Assembly: GCA_964490245.1 (NCBI GenBank)
Contig: CAZBAF010000001.1
Coordinates: 25,149-89,148, forward strand
Length of the DNA: 64,000 bases
Reading direction: 5' to 3'
DNA from: an uncultured Candidatus Saccharibacteria bacterium
GTDB lineage: Bacteria > Patescibacteriota > Saccharimonadia > Saccharimonadales > JACDBH01
The notes below the pieces were generated by a model. The model did no database searches. It was not told where the DNA came from and saw nothing but the letters and a program-made list of their open reading frames with translations. This document shows, in pieces, positions 1-8,472 of the stretch. Position 1 is the first letter of the stretch, and each line of letters begins with the position of its first letter. A program made the translations under genes and the position numbers.

Positions 1-1
1 A

Positions 2-1108
2 GAGGTAGAGGGTCAAAAGAAGCGTATTGCCATTACTCGCGCCCATCTGGAAGCCGATGCCGGCAAATCGACGCATCCGGAGGGCCAGGACTACAGTCTG
101 GTTGACCTTAACCGTGCCGGTACGCCGCTGCTTGAGATAGTTTCTGAGCCGGTTCTACATACGCCGGCCGAGGCAAAGGCCTATGCCCGCGAGCTGTACC
201 TGCTCATGAAGTACGCCGGTGTCAGCGATGTCGATCTGTATCACGGTAATATGCGTTTTGATGTGAATGTATCGGTCAGCAAAACAGATGCGCTTGGTAC
301 CCGTACCGAGACTAAAAACCTCAACTCGTTCCGCAGTGTCGAGAAAGCAATCGAGTATGAAATCAAACGCCAGATAGACGTTTTAGAAAGCGGCAAGCAG
401 GTTGTGCAGGAGACGCGTGGCTGGGACGATGCCAAGCAAAAGACCTTCAGCCAGCGCAGCAAAGAAGATGCCCATGATTACCGTTACTTTCCTGATCCTG
501 ACTTGCCGCCGGTGGTGCTGGACGATAAGTTCATTGCCCGTATTCAGGCTGATATGCCTGACCTGCCGGCCGTGCTGCGTAAAGTGTTTGCCACACTTAA
601 GCTGGACAGCTCGCAGGTGGATGTGCTGCTGGAGGAGCCGGAGCTGGCTAACTTTGTGCGCGCAATCGCTGATGCGCACGATACCAAAACTGCCCGCACC
701 ATTGCTAACTGGCTGACCGGCGAGGTGCAGCGCTGGGTGGCCGAGGGGACTGCGACGTGGTCGCAGGTGCTGGACAAGCAGTCGCAGCTGACCGATCTGG
801 TGGGGATGGTAGATGGCGGGCTGCTGAGCTCGACGGCGGCCAAAGAGGTGCTGAGCGATGTCATGCAATCCGGCGATGATCCTAAAAAAATCGCCGAGGC
901 CAAAAACCTTATCCAGGAGTCCGACGAATCTGCGCTGGTGATGATTGTCGGCCAGGTACTGAGCGAAAACCAAAAGGCCGCCGATGACGTACGTGCCGGC
1001 GAAATGAAGGCCATCGGCTTCCTGGTGGGCCAGGTAATGAAAGCCAGCCAGGGCAAGGCCAACCCGGCCGTCGTGCAACAGATTATTAGAAAACAATTGG
1101 GGGTATAA
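2..1108 (+). CDS. gatB: Asp/Glu-tRNA(Asn/Gln) amidotransferase subunit B, 5' end cut by window edge
   Basis: Frame is open from base 2. Translation reads EVEGQKKRIAITRAHLEADAGKS...SLVDLNRAGTPLLEIVSEP, with a GatB/YqeY-type C-terminal tail (IANWLTGEV, GFLVGQVMKASQGKANP). Confidence 0.93.
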   Translation, partial: EVEGQKKRIAITRAHLEADAGKSTHPEGQDYSLVDLNRAGTPLLEIVSEPVLHTPAEAKAYARELYLLMKYAGVSDVDLYHGNMRFDVNVSVSKTDALGTRTETKNLNSFRSVEKAIEYEIKRQIDVLESGKQVVQETRGWDDAKQKTFSQRSKEDAHDYRYFPDPDLPPVVLDDKFIARIQADMPDLPAVLRKVFATLKLDSSQVDVLLEEPELANFVRAIADAHDTKTARTIANWLTGEVQRWVAEGTATWSQVLDKQSQLTDLVGMVDGGLLSSTAAKEVLSDVMQSGDDPKKIAEAKNLIQESDESALVMIVGQVLSENQKAADDVRAGEMKAIGFLVGQVMKASQGKANPAVVQQIIRKQLGV

Positions 1109-1109
1109 A

Positions 1110-2012
1110 GTGAAGAAAACGGTCAGAAAAGCAGTGATTGCCGCGGCGGGGTTTGGGACGCGGTTTTTGCCGCAAACCAAAGCTATGCCAAAGGAAATGC
1201 TGCCCCTGATCGACAAGCCCATTATTCAGTACATCGTCGAGGATATGGTTGCTGCCGGCATCAAAGATATTATTATCGTTGGCAGCAGCAACAAGCGTTC
1301 AATTGAAGATCATTTTGACGTGCCCAGCGAGGATCTGCTGGCTAACCTGCGGGCCGGCGGCCCCAAAAAGCAGCCTTTTATTGATCAGATAGAGGCCATC
1401 GCCAATCTGGCCAACTTTGTCTACGTGCGCCAAAAGGGACCATATGGCACGGCGACGCCGGTGATGAATGTGGCGCATCTGATTGGTGATGAGCCGTTTA
1501 TTTACGCCTTTGCGGACGATTTGACGGTCGGTACGCCGAATGCTTTTGAGCAGATGATTGCTCACTACGAAAAGCATCAAAGCATCATCCTGCCCAGCAT
1601 CAGGCTAACTGAGGACAGCGCCTATGACCGCTATGGCGTACTGGGCGGCGAGCAGGTGGAGGATGGTGTGCTGCGGGTCAGCCAGATTGTTGAAAAGCCC
1701 GGCCGCAAGGCAGCACCGTCTGATATGGCAAGCGTGGGCGGCTATCTGCTGACACCCGAGGTTTACCCCTATATTGAGGCAGGTTTTAAGAGCCTGCAGC
1801 CCGACCGGGAGTTCTATCTGAGCGATGAAGTACTTGCCCCGATGCTCAAGGATGGCATTCCTGTCTTTGGCTGCGAAATCAAGGGCATGCGTTACGACAC
1901 CGGTGATAAGCTGGAGTACCTCAAGACAGTGACCGATTTTGCGCTGAGCCACCCGGAGCTGGGCGAAGACTTCAGGCAGTATCTGCAGCGCAAACTTGAC
2001 AAAGGTGTATAA
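1110..2012 (+). CDS. galU: UTP--glucose-1-phosphate uridylyltransferase
   Basis: GTG start 1 nt after the gatB stop. N-terminal KAVIAAAGFGTRFLPQTKAMPKEMLP nucleotidyltransferase motif; 300 aa. Confidence 0.9.
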   Translation: MKKTVRKAVIAAAGFGTRFLPQTKAMPKEMLPLIDKPIIQYIVEDMVAAGIKDIIIVGSSNKRSIEDHFDVPSEDLLANLRAGGPKKQPFIDQIEAIANLANFVYVRQKGPYGTATPVMNVAHLIGDEPFIYAFADDLTVGTPNAFEQMIAHYEKHQSIILPSIRLTEDSAYDRYGVLGGEQVEDGVLRVSQIVEKPGRKAAPSDMASVGGYLLTPEVYPYIEAGFKSLQPDREFYLSDEVLAPMLKDGIPVFGCEIKGMRYDTGDKLEYLKTVTDFALSHPELGEDFRQYLQRKLDKGV

Positions 2013-2023
2013 TAGAGGGGCAT

Positions 2024-2284
2024 ATGGAGCAAGCTGCGGAGATATTGGTCATCATCCTGTCAGTCGTACTGGCGATATTCCTGATCGTTGGCATTGCTCT
2101 TTTGATCCTGCTGATAAAACTCACCAAAACCATTAAACAGGTTGTCGAGAAAGCCGAGGGTGTTATAACCGATGTTGGAGCGGCCGCGCATTCGTTTAAG
2201 AATGTCGCGGGGCCTTTATCTATAGGCAAGCTGCTCATTAATCTGGCCGGAACTGTTCTTAGTGGCAAAAAAAAGAGGAGGTAG
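2024..2284 (+). CDS. small membrane protein, DUF948-like architecture (N-terminal TM helix plus coiled region)
   Basis: 86-aa ORF with a hydrophobic N-terminus (ILVIILSVVLAIFLIVGIALLILLI). It lies directly upstream of a YtxH-like gene, a pairing common in Gram-positives. Confidence 0.55.
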   Translation: MEQAAEILVIILSVVLAIFLIVGIALLILLIKLTKTIKQVVEKAEGVITDVGAAAHSFKNVAGPLSIGKLLINLAGTVLSGKKKRR

Positions 2285-2288
2285 TTTT

Positions 2289-2690
2289 ATGGGTAAAAAC
2301 ACGGGCAAGTGGGCGGCCGGTGCATTGGCTGCCGGTATCATAGGCTATATGGCGGGTATTTTGACTGCGCCTAAAAGCGGCCGCGAGACGCGCAAAGATA
2401 TAAAAAACGCTGCCGTAAAGGCCCGTTCAGAGGCCGAGAAAAAGCTCAAGGCCGTACTGGCGGATCTGAATGACCGGCTGGAGGATGTTAAAAAGCGTGG
2501 TGCCAAGCTGAGCGGCAAAGCCAAAGACGAATTTGAAAAGGTTCAGGCCCGCGGTATTATCGCTAAAGACAAGGTACGCGAGATTTTGAGTATGATTCAC
2601 GAGGGTGACGCGGATGATCCCGAGCTTAAGAAAGCGCTTAAAGACGCTAAAGAGGCACTGAAGCACCTCGATGCCTACGTCAAAAAATAA
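2289..2690 (+). CDS. YtxH domain-containing protein
   Basis: ATG 2289 is preceded by GAGGAGG at 2273-2279. The YtxH signature is GILTAPKSGRETRKDIK followed by a long charged helix. The ORF-track start at 2262 overlaps the upstream gene and is less likely. Confidence 0.75.
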   Translation: MGKNTGKWAAGALAAGIIGYMAGILTAPKSGRETRKDIKNAAVKARSEAEKKLKAVLADLNDRLEDVKKRGAKLSGKAKDEFEKVQARGIIAKDKVREILSMIHEGDADDPELKKALKDAKEALKHLDAYVKK

Positions 2691-2937
2691 AAAAGACAAA
2701 GCCAAAGATTATGAACAGCTGGGCCGGATTGTAGCCTCGGTCTACGAATCAGGCTATCTTGACGCTGCAAAAAGCTACCGGATGTCGTTACTTAAAGGCG
2801 TGATGCAGGGCCTGGGTGGTGTGGTCGGCGCAACGGTTGGCATTGCACTGCTGATCTGGATTCTTTCTTTATTTGGCGAACTGCCGCTGATTGGTAATTT
2901 CGTCGATGCGGTGCGCCGGACAATCGAACAACGATAG
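2671..2937 (+). CDS. small membrane protein (DUF5665-like)
   Basis: 88-aa ORF: YLDAAKSYRMSLLKGVMQGLGGVVGATVGIALLIWILSLF, with one or two TM helices. Overlaps the ytxH-like gene by 20 nt. Confidence 0.5.
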   Translation: MPTSKNKKDKAKDYEQLGRIVASVYESGYLDAAKSYRMSLLKGVMQGLGGVVGATVGIALLIWILSLFGELPLIGNFVDAVRRTIEQR

Positions 2938-3007
2938 ATCAATTTGACTTAATTATCCCTGTTAGATTCGGCCGCGCGGGCCGTAAGCGTGTATAATTAG
3001 TAGTTGA

Positions 3008-6000
3008 ATGACAAAGCAGGGGAACAAGTTATCGCCGAGTGATTATGTGCATTTGCACAATCATTCGCATTACAGTCTGCTGGACGGACTTAGCAAGCTG
3101 CCGGCCATGCTGGACTATGTAAAATCCGTGGGCATGGAGGCAGTGGCGCTGACTGATCACGGCACGTTGTCGGGCCTGATCGAATTTTATAAAGAGGCCC
3201 AGGCCCGCGGCGTCAAACCTATCATGGGCATGGAGGCGTATGTTGCGCCGCGTAAGCATACGGACAAGGATGCCGGCAAAGACAAGCAGTATTACCACTT
3301 GATCCTGCTGGCGATGAACATGACCGGCTATCAGAACCTCATGCGTCTGAGTACCATAGCCAATCTGGACGGTTTTTATTACAAGCCGCGCATTGACCGC
3401 GAACTGCTGCAGCAGTACAACGATGGCGTCATTGCGCTGTCGGCATGCATCGGCGGCGAGGTTGGCGATGCGCTGCGGCAGGGTCAGTACGAGCAGGCCA
3501 AACAGCACGCCGAGTGGTACAAGTCGGTTTTTGGTGATAGGTACTACCTGGAGGTGCAGGACCACGGCCACCCTAAACACCCGACCGTGTGGGACGAGCA
3601 GGTGCGCATTAACGAGCAGTTGTTCAAGTTGTCAAAGGAGCTTGATATACCATGTGTGCTTACCTGCGATGCGCATTATCTGACGCATGCTGATCAGGAG
3701 GCTCACGAGATACTGCTGTGTGTCCAGACCGGCTCGTATCTGTCCGATACCAACCGCATGAGCCTGGCAAACATGGAGCTGCACATCACTGATCCGGCCG
3801 AGTTAATCGAGCGGTGGGGTGCTGATCATCCTGAGGTTATTCAAAACACCCGGGCGATCGCTGACCGCTGCGATATCAGTCTCGAGCTGGGCAAGATTCT
3901 TATCCCCAAATTTCCGACACCGGGCAACGAAACAGAACACTCCTATCTGCACAAGCTGGTCTGGCGCGGACTGGCGTGGCGCTATGGTGATAAAAGCGAG
4001 GAAGAAGCCGCCGGATTAACGATAGAGCAGGCTCGGCAGCTTATCCCCCCGTCCGTTGCCGAACGGGCTGATTACGAGCTGGGTGTGATCGAAAAAATGG
4101 GCTTTAACGGCTATTTCCTTATTATCTGGGACTTTATTAAATGGGGCAAGGATCAGGGGATTGTGTTCGGGCCGGGCCGCGGTTCGGCGGCGGGATCAAT
4201 TGTGGCTTATGCGCTGAGAATCACCGAGCTGGACCCGATTGGATATGACCTGCTGTTTGAGCGCTTTTTAAACCCCGATCGTATCAGCATGCCCGACATC
4301 GACATCGACATTCAGGATACGCGGCGCGGCGAAGTCATTCAGTACTGCGTTGACAAGTACGGCTCGGAACGTGTTGCCAATATTGTGACCTTTGGCAAAA
4401 TGGCGGCCCGTAATGCTGTGCGTGATGTGGCGCGTGTACTGCAGGTGCCTTATGCCGAGGCCGACCGGCTGGCCAAAATGATTCCGCCGCCGGTGCAGGG
4501 CCGGCATATTCCGTTGACCACCTCATTGGTCGATGACGCCGATCTAAAGCGCGAAAACGAAACCAACGAACAGTCCGCGCGTGTGTTTAATCTGGCCACC
4601 AAACTGGAAGGCACCATCCGCAGCCACGGTGTGCATGCGGCCGGCGTGGTGATCGCACCTGATGATATCGTGAAGTTTGTGCCGCTTGAAATGGCTCAAA
4701 AAGGTGTTGTGGCCACCCAGTATTCAATGGGGCCGATTGAAGAGCTGGGCCTGCTGAAGATGGACTTTTTGGGGCTGAGCAACCTTACGATTATCAAGAA
4801 CGCGCTTAGAATTATTAAAAAGGTTTATCAAAAAGAAATAGATATCAACACGGTGCCGCTTGATGACGCCAAAACTTTCGAGCTGTTACAGCGGGGCGAT
4901 ACGACCGGAGTTTTCCAGCTGGAGTCCTCCGGCATGAAGCGCTACCTCAAGGAGCTTAAGCCAACCGAGTTCAGCGATATCATTGCCATGTGTGCACTGT
5001 ACCGGCCCGGACCATTGACAGCCGGTCTGACTGACTCCTTTGTTAAGCGCAAAAACGGCCTCGAAGAGGTCACCTATGATCACGAACTGGCCCGCTCGGC
5101 GCTGCAGTCCACCTACGGCGTTATCGTTTACCAGGAACAGGTGATGCAGATGAGTAAGGAAATGTGCGGTTTCACCGGCGGCGAGGCTGATACGCTGCGT
5201 AAAGCGATCGGCAAAAAGAACCGCGAAGTTATGGACAAAATGGGTCAGCAGTTTATTGACGGAGCCGTCAAAAACGGTGTGCCCGAACACGTCGTGCAGA
5301 AAATCTGGAAGGATATTCTTGGTTTTGCCGATTATGCGTTTAACAAATCGCACTCTGCCTGCTACGCCCTGATTGCCTATCAGACAGCGTACTTAAAAGC
5401 CCATTATCCATCGGCTTTTATGGCCGCGCTTATGACCAGTGATTATGATGATACTGATCGGCTCAGTATTGAGATTAACGAATGCACGCATGTCGGTATT
5501 GAGGTTTTGCCGCCGGATGTCAACGAATCTTATCTGGAGTTTGCCGTGGTGCCAAAAGGCGATCCGCTGCATGACCCCATCCGCTTTGGCTTGAATGCGG
5601 TTAAAAACGTCGGCACCGGTGCGGTCGAAGAGATTCTGCGCGCCCGTGAAGTGGTCGGGCATTTTGGCAAGCTCGAGGATATCTTTACTCATGTCAATCC
5701 CCGTATCGTTAACCGCAAGGCGCTTGAAAGCCTGATTAAGGCCGGTGCGCTTGATAATTTTGGCCCCCGGGGTCAGCTGCTGGCCAATGTTGACGTGTTG
5801 TTGGCGTTTGCTAACCGTATTCAGAAAGAACAGGCACTTGGCCAGGTTGGATTGTTTGGCGAAGATTCGGATGCCGGTGCGCACATGCTGCCTCAGATTG
5901 TGCTGGAAAAATCAGACCTGCCCGAGAACCGTCAAGAGCAGCTCAAGTGGGAGCGCGAACTGCTGGGTCTGTATCTCTCTGAGCATCCGCTCAAGACATA

Positions 6001-6664
6001 TGAGACGTATTTAAGCGAACTGACCGTGCCGCTGGCCGAACTAAAGCCCGAAATGGACAACCGGATGGTCACCATTGGCGGTGCAATCGAGGACGTGCGC
6101 GAAATCACCACCCGCAATGGCCAGAAGATGGCTTTTGTAAAAATTATCGACTTAACGGGTGAGACAGAGGTGATACTATTCCCTGGTACCTACCAGCAGA
6201 CAGCCGGCATCTGGGAGCGCGATCGGATTGTGCTTATTAAGGGCAAGATAAACGGCAAGGACCGTATGACCGGCGAGCCAACGGCAGAGGTGAAGGTGCT
6301 GGTTGATGAAGCGCGTGAAATCACTCTGACACAGGCCGAGGCTTATCAACCAACCGGCAAGCGGCAAAAAATCCCCGGCAGCGGCCGCAAAGCTGCGGTC
6401 AGCTCGCTGGGAGCCAAAAAAGCTCAAGCACCAGTTAAAGACCCGCGCGTCTACATACGTTTACCCGACAGCAATAATGAGCAACAACTCTTGTCGCTTA
6501 AATCAGTGCTTGATGCCCATGTTGGCACAGTAGAGGTGGTGCTGGTGCTGGGACCCTCGGATAAAAAGCAGATCATCAAACTGCCAAGCGGCGTGGAGCC
6601 TGCCGAAGACGTACTGAGTAAGCTGCGCGGGCTGGTCGGTGATCAGCACGTGGTGGTGCAGTAG
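3008..6664 (+). CDS. dnaE: DNA polymerase III alpha subunit
   Basis: 1218 aa. PHP domain HLHNHSHYSLLDG, FGPGRGSAAGSIVAYAL, FNKSHSACYALIAYQTAYLKAHYP, and a C-terminal OB region. Confidence 0.97.
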   Translation: MTKQGNKLSPSDYVHLHNHSHYSLLDGLSKLPAMLDYVKSVGMEAVALTDHGTLSGLIEFYKEAQARGVKPIMGMEAYVAPRKHTDKDAGKDKQYYHLILLAMNMTGYQNLMRLSTIANLDGFYYKPRIDRELLQQYNDGVIALSACIGGEVGDALRQGQYEQAKQHAEWYKSVFGDRYYLEVQDHGHPKHPTVWDEQVRINEQLFKLSKELDIPCVLTCDAHYLTHADQEAHEILLCVQTGSYLSDTNRMSLANMELHITDPAELIERWGADHPEVIQNTRAIADRCDISLELGKILIPKFPTPGNETEHSYLHKLVWRGLAWRYGDKSEEEAAGLTIEQARQLIPPSVAERADYELGVIEKMGFNGYFLIIWDFIKWGKDQGIVFGPGRGSAAGSIVAYALRITELDPIGYDLLFERFLNPDRISMPDIDIDIQDTRRGEVIQYCVDKYGSERVANIVTFGKMAARNAVRDVARVLQVPYAEADRLAKMIPPPVQGRHIPLTTSLVDDADLKRENETNEQSARVFNLATKLEGTIRSHGVHAAGVVIAPDDIVKFVPLEMAQKGVVATQYSMGPIEELGLLKMDFLGLSNLTIIKNALRIIKKVYQKEIDINTVPLDDAKTFELLQRGDTTGVFQLESSGMKRYLKELKPTEFSDIIAMCALYRPGPLTAGLTDSFVKRKNGLEEVTYDHELARSALQSTYGVIVYQEQVMQMSKEMCGFTGGEADTLRKAIGKKNREVMDKMGQQFIDGAVKNGVPEHVVQKIWKDILGFADYAFNKSHSACYALIAYQTAYLKAHYPSAFMAALMTSDYDDTDRLSIEINECTHVGIEVLPPDVNESYLEFAVVPKGDPLHDPIRFGLNAVKNVGTGAVEEILRAREVVGHFGKLEDIFTHVNPRIVNRKALESLIKAGALDNFGPRGQLLANVDVLLAFANRIQKEQALGQVGLFGEDSDAGAHMLPQIVLEKSDLPENRQEQLKWERELLGLYLSEHPLKTYETYLSELTVPLAELKPEMDNRMVTIGGAIEDVREITTRNGQKMAFVKIIDLTGETEVILFPGTYQQTAGIWERDRIVLIKGKINGKDRMTGEPTAEVKVLVDEAREITLTQAEAYQPTGKRQKIPGSGRKAAVSSLGAKKAQAPVKDPRVYIRLPDSNNEQQLLSLKSVLDAHVGTVEVVLVLGPSDKKQIIKLPSGVEPAEDVLSKLRGLVGDQHVVVQ

Positions 6665-6668
6665 GTCT

Positions 6669-7748
6669 TTAGCGGACGGCGCCGCTGGCCGACAGCAATA
6701 CAAAGCCCAAATAGACAATAGCCAGTACGGTCAGGTCGATATGCAGATGGCGGGCAATAAAACGTTCGCCCGAGGCGAGGCGTTTTCTGATGTGGAAACC
6801 TTTATGCAGGGCCCAGAGCAAGCCCACACTGCAGACAGCCAGGATGACAGCAGCGGCGCTAAAGAATGTGTTGTCTATCCCGAACAGCTGCACGCGTCTG
6901 GTAGTAAGAGGCGCGGCTGCGATAGTGTCGTCGTCTTCAGTCAGCGAGACGGCAATGATCTCCTCTTCTTTTTGGGCCGGTTCGGGTTCGGGTTCCGGCG
7001 TGGGCTCGGCAGCCGGCTCTTCCGGTGCGGCGGTCGGTTGCGGTGACGGTGCTGACGGAGTTGGCTTATTGGCGGCGGGCTGCACTGCGGACGGTGCTGC
7101 CGCTGGCGGCGGACTGGCGGGGGGCGGGGCGGCAGCCGAGGCCACCTGCGGTTTGGCATACATAGCGACGACGACGGTCTGTTGCCCGTGTCCGATAAAA
7201 TCCGGGCTGTTGGCTATGCCAAAGCCGACCTCTGTGTAATTGGTCGAGAGCAGGTTGGCTTTGTGTCCCGGACTGTTCATCCAGCCGGTTACCGCCGCTG
7301 CGCTGGTCATATAGCCATAGGCCAGATTTTCACCGGCGGCAAGATACTGATAGCCCGCATTGACAATAAATACCCAGGGCTGCTGTCCGTCCGGTGTCTG
7401 ATGTGACCAATAGTTGCGATTAACCATGTCATTGGCTTTGGCTTGGGCGGCGGCGTTGAGCAGTCCGTTAGCCGAAAGTGCCGCCACGCCGTTATTGGCG
7501 CGCTGCACGTTGGTGGCGCTGAGCAGTCCGGCCTGGCTGACATTGGTAGCATAGGCAAGGACACCGTCGTTATCGGCATTCCACTGCAGTCTGTGCAGGT
7601 GCGGTTGCCACGACAGTCCGGTCGCAAAAATGGTGAGCGCAATGGCCGGCACATACCGGCTGCGGCGCAGGACGCGACGCCATTTGCTGACGGGGGCGGT
7701 TGAACGGGTAAGGCGCGGTTTTCGGGCAGGCTTTTTGGTTTTTTTCAT
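6669..7748 (-). CDS. CAP/SCP (YkwD-like) domain protein with Pro/Ala/Glu-rich linker and TM segments at both ends
   Basis: CAP-domain motifs NYWSHQTPDGQ...GENLAYG...GWMNSPGHKANLL. Linker PPPASPPPAAAPSAVQPAANKPTPSAPSPQPTAAPEEPAAEPTPEPEPEP. Hydrophobic C-terminal segments. Confidence 0.75.
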   Translation of the reverse strand: MKKTKKPARKPRLTRSTAPVSKWRRVLRRSRYVPAIALTIFATGLSWQPHLHRLQWNADNDGVLAYATNVSQAGLLSATNVQRANNGVAALSANGLLNAAAQAKANDMVNRNYWSHQTPDGQQPWVFIVNAGYQYLAAGENLAYGYMTSAAAVTGWMNSPGHKANLLSTNYTEVGFGIANSPDFIGHGQQTVVVAMYAKPQVASAAAPPPASPPPAAAPSAVQPAANKPTPSAPSPQPTAAPEEPAAEPTPEPEPEPAQKEEEIIAVSLTEDDDTIAAAPLTTRRVQLFGIDNTFFSAAAVILAVCSVGLLWALHKGFHIRKRLASGERFIARHLHIDLTVLAIVYLGFVLLSASGAVR

Positions 7749-7798
7749 ATCTGTTTTTAAAGCTTTAGCTTAAGTATAGAACATACATCACTTAACTG

Positions 7799-8293
7799 CT
7801 AGTGAAATCTCAGCCGGTACAACGCCATGGCTGCGGCCTGGATTACATTAAGGGATTCTTTGCGTCCAAACATGGGTATTTCGACCACATCAGAGGCAAG
7901 AGCGCACAGCTCAGGATCCAGGCCCTCGACCTCGTTGCCGAGCAGCAACGCGACTTTTTCGGGCGGTTGCCACTGGTGCAGGGGTACGGAGCCTTTGGCC
8001 TGCTCGAGGGCGGCAACTGCGTAGCCCTCGGCTTTAACCTGTCTGATTATCAGCGCGATGTCAGGTTCGTACTGCCAATTAACCATTGTGCCGGCTCCCA
8101 GAGCGGTCTTATCTATCTGCTTGTCTATTTTTGCCGCTAGGTACGGCAGGCGTTTATCATCGGGCATGCCGGGGTACGGGGTGTATCCGGTCAGAAAAAC
8201 CTTCTTTACCCCCATGCCGTCGGCCGTACGCAGCAGCGAGCCGACATTATGGGTGCTGCGCATATCGTGGGCAATGACAACCAAATTCCTCAT
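7799..8293 (-). CDS. TrmH/SpoU family RNA 2'-O-methyltransferase
   Basis: 164 aa. HNVGSLLRTADGMGV, LLLGNEVEGL and SLNVIQAAAMALY are SpoU methylase motifs. Confidence 0.85.
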   Translation of the reverse strand: MRNLVVIAHDMRSTHNVGSLLRTADGMGVKKVFLTGYTPYPGMPDDKRLPYLAAKIDKQIDKTALGAGTMVNWQYEPDIALIIRQVKAEGYAVAALEQAKGSVPLHQWQPPEKVALLLGNEVEGLDPELCALASDVVEIPMFGRKESLNVIQAAAMALYRLRFH

Positions 8294-8310
8294 AACCTAC
8301 CTAGCTTATC

Positions 8311-8352
8311 AGTTTTTAATTTTCAATCATTAATTTCTAATTTTCATTGAAT
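8311..8352 (-). repeat. degenerate heptad array, GAAAATT family (reads GAAAATT on the minus strand)
   Basis: Plus strand reads agttttt aattttc aatcatt aatttct aattttc attgaat. It ends 18 nt upstream of the minus-strand trmH-like start. Confidence 0.7.
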
Positions 8353-8407
8353 TTTCAATATCTCAATGTTCAGGCTGTTTCGACTATTGCGTTATTGCTT
8401 ATTGAAT

Positions 8408-8435
8408 GAAATTGCCAAATTAGAAATTGAAAATT
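8408..8435 (+). repeat. degenerate heptad array, GAAAATT family
   Basis: gaaattg ccaaatt agaaatt gaaaatt, immediately upstream of the pilB promoter-like TTCCCA-N17-TATAAT (8435-8463). Inverted relative to 8311-8352. Confidence 0.7.
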
Positions 8436-8472
8436 TCCCATGCCGTGCGCTTATGGCTATAATGTATCCATA

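Noticed and set aside
383-1222. 279-aa minus-strand ORF inside gatB. Similar long shadow ORFs occur at 24513-25595 and 25632-26486 (antisense to the PBP gene), 20763-21389 (clpC), 46617-47450 (rpoC), 62949-63611 (fusA), 28765-29466 and 31068-31787.
   Set aside because: All lie antisense to, or out of frame within, genes with unmistakable conserved motifs. Their translations are low-complexity and Arg/Leu/Gly-rich, as expected for GC-rich shadow frames. None has a Shine-Dalgarno or promoter context.
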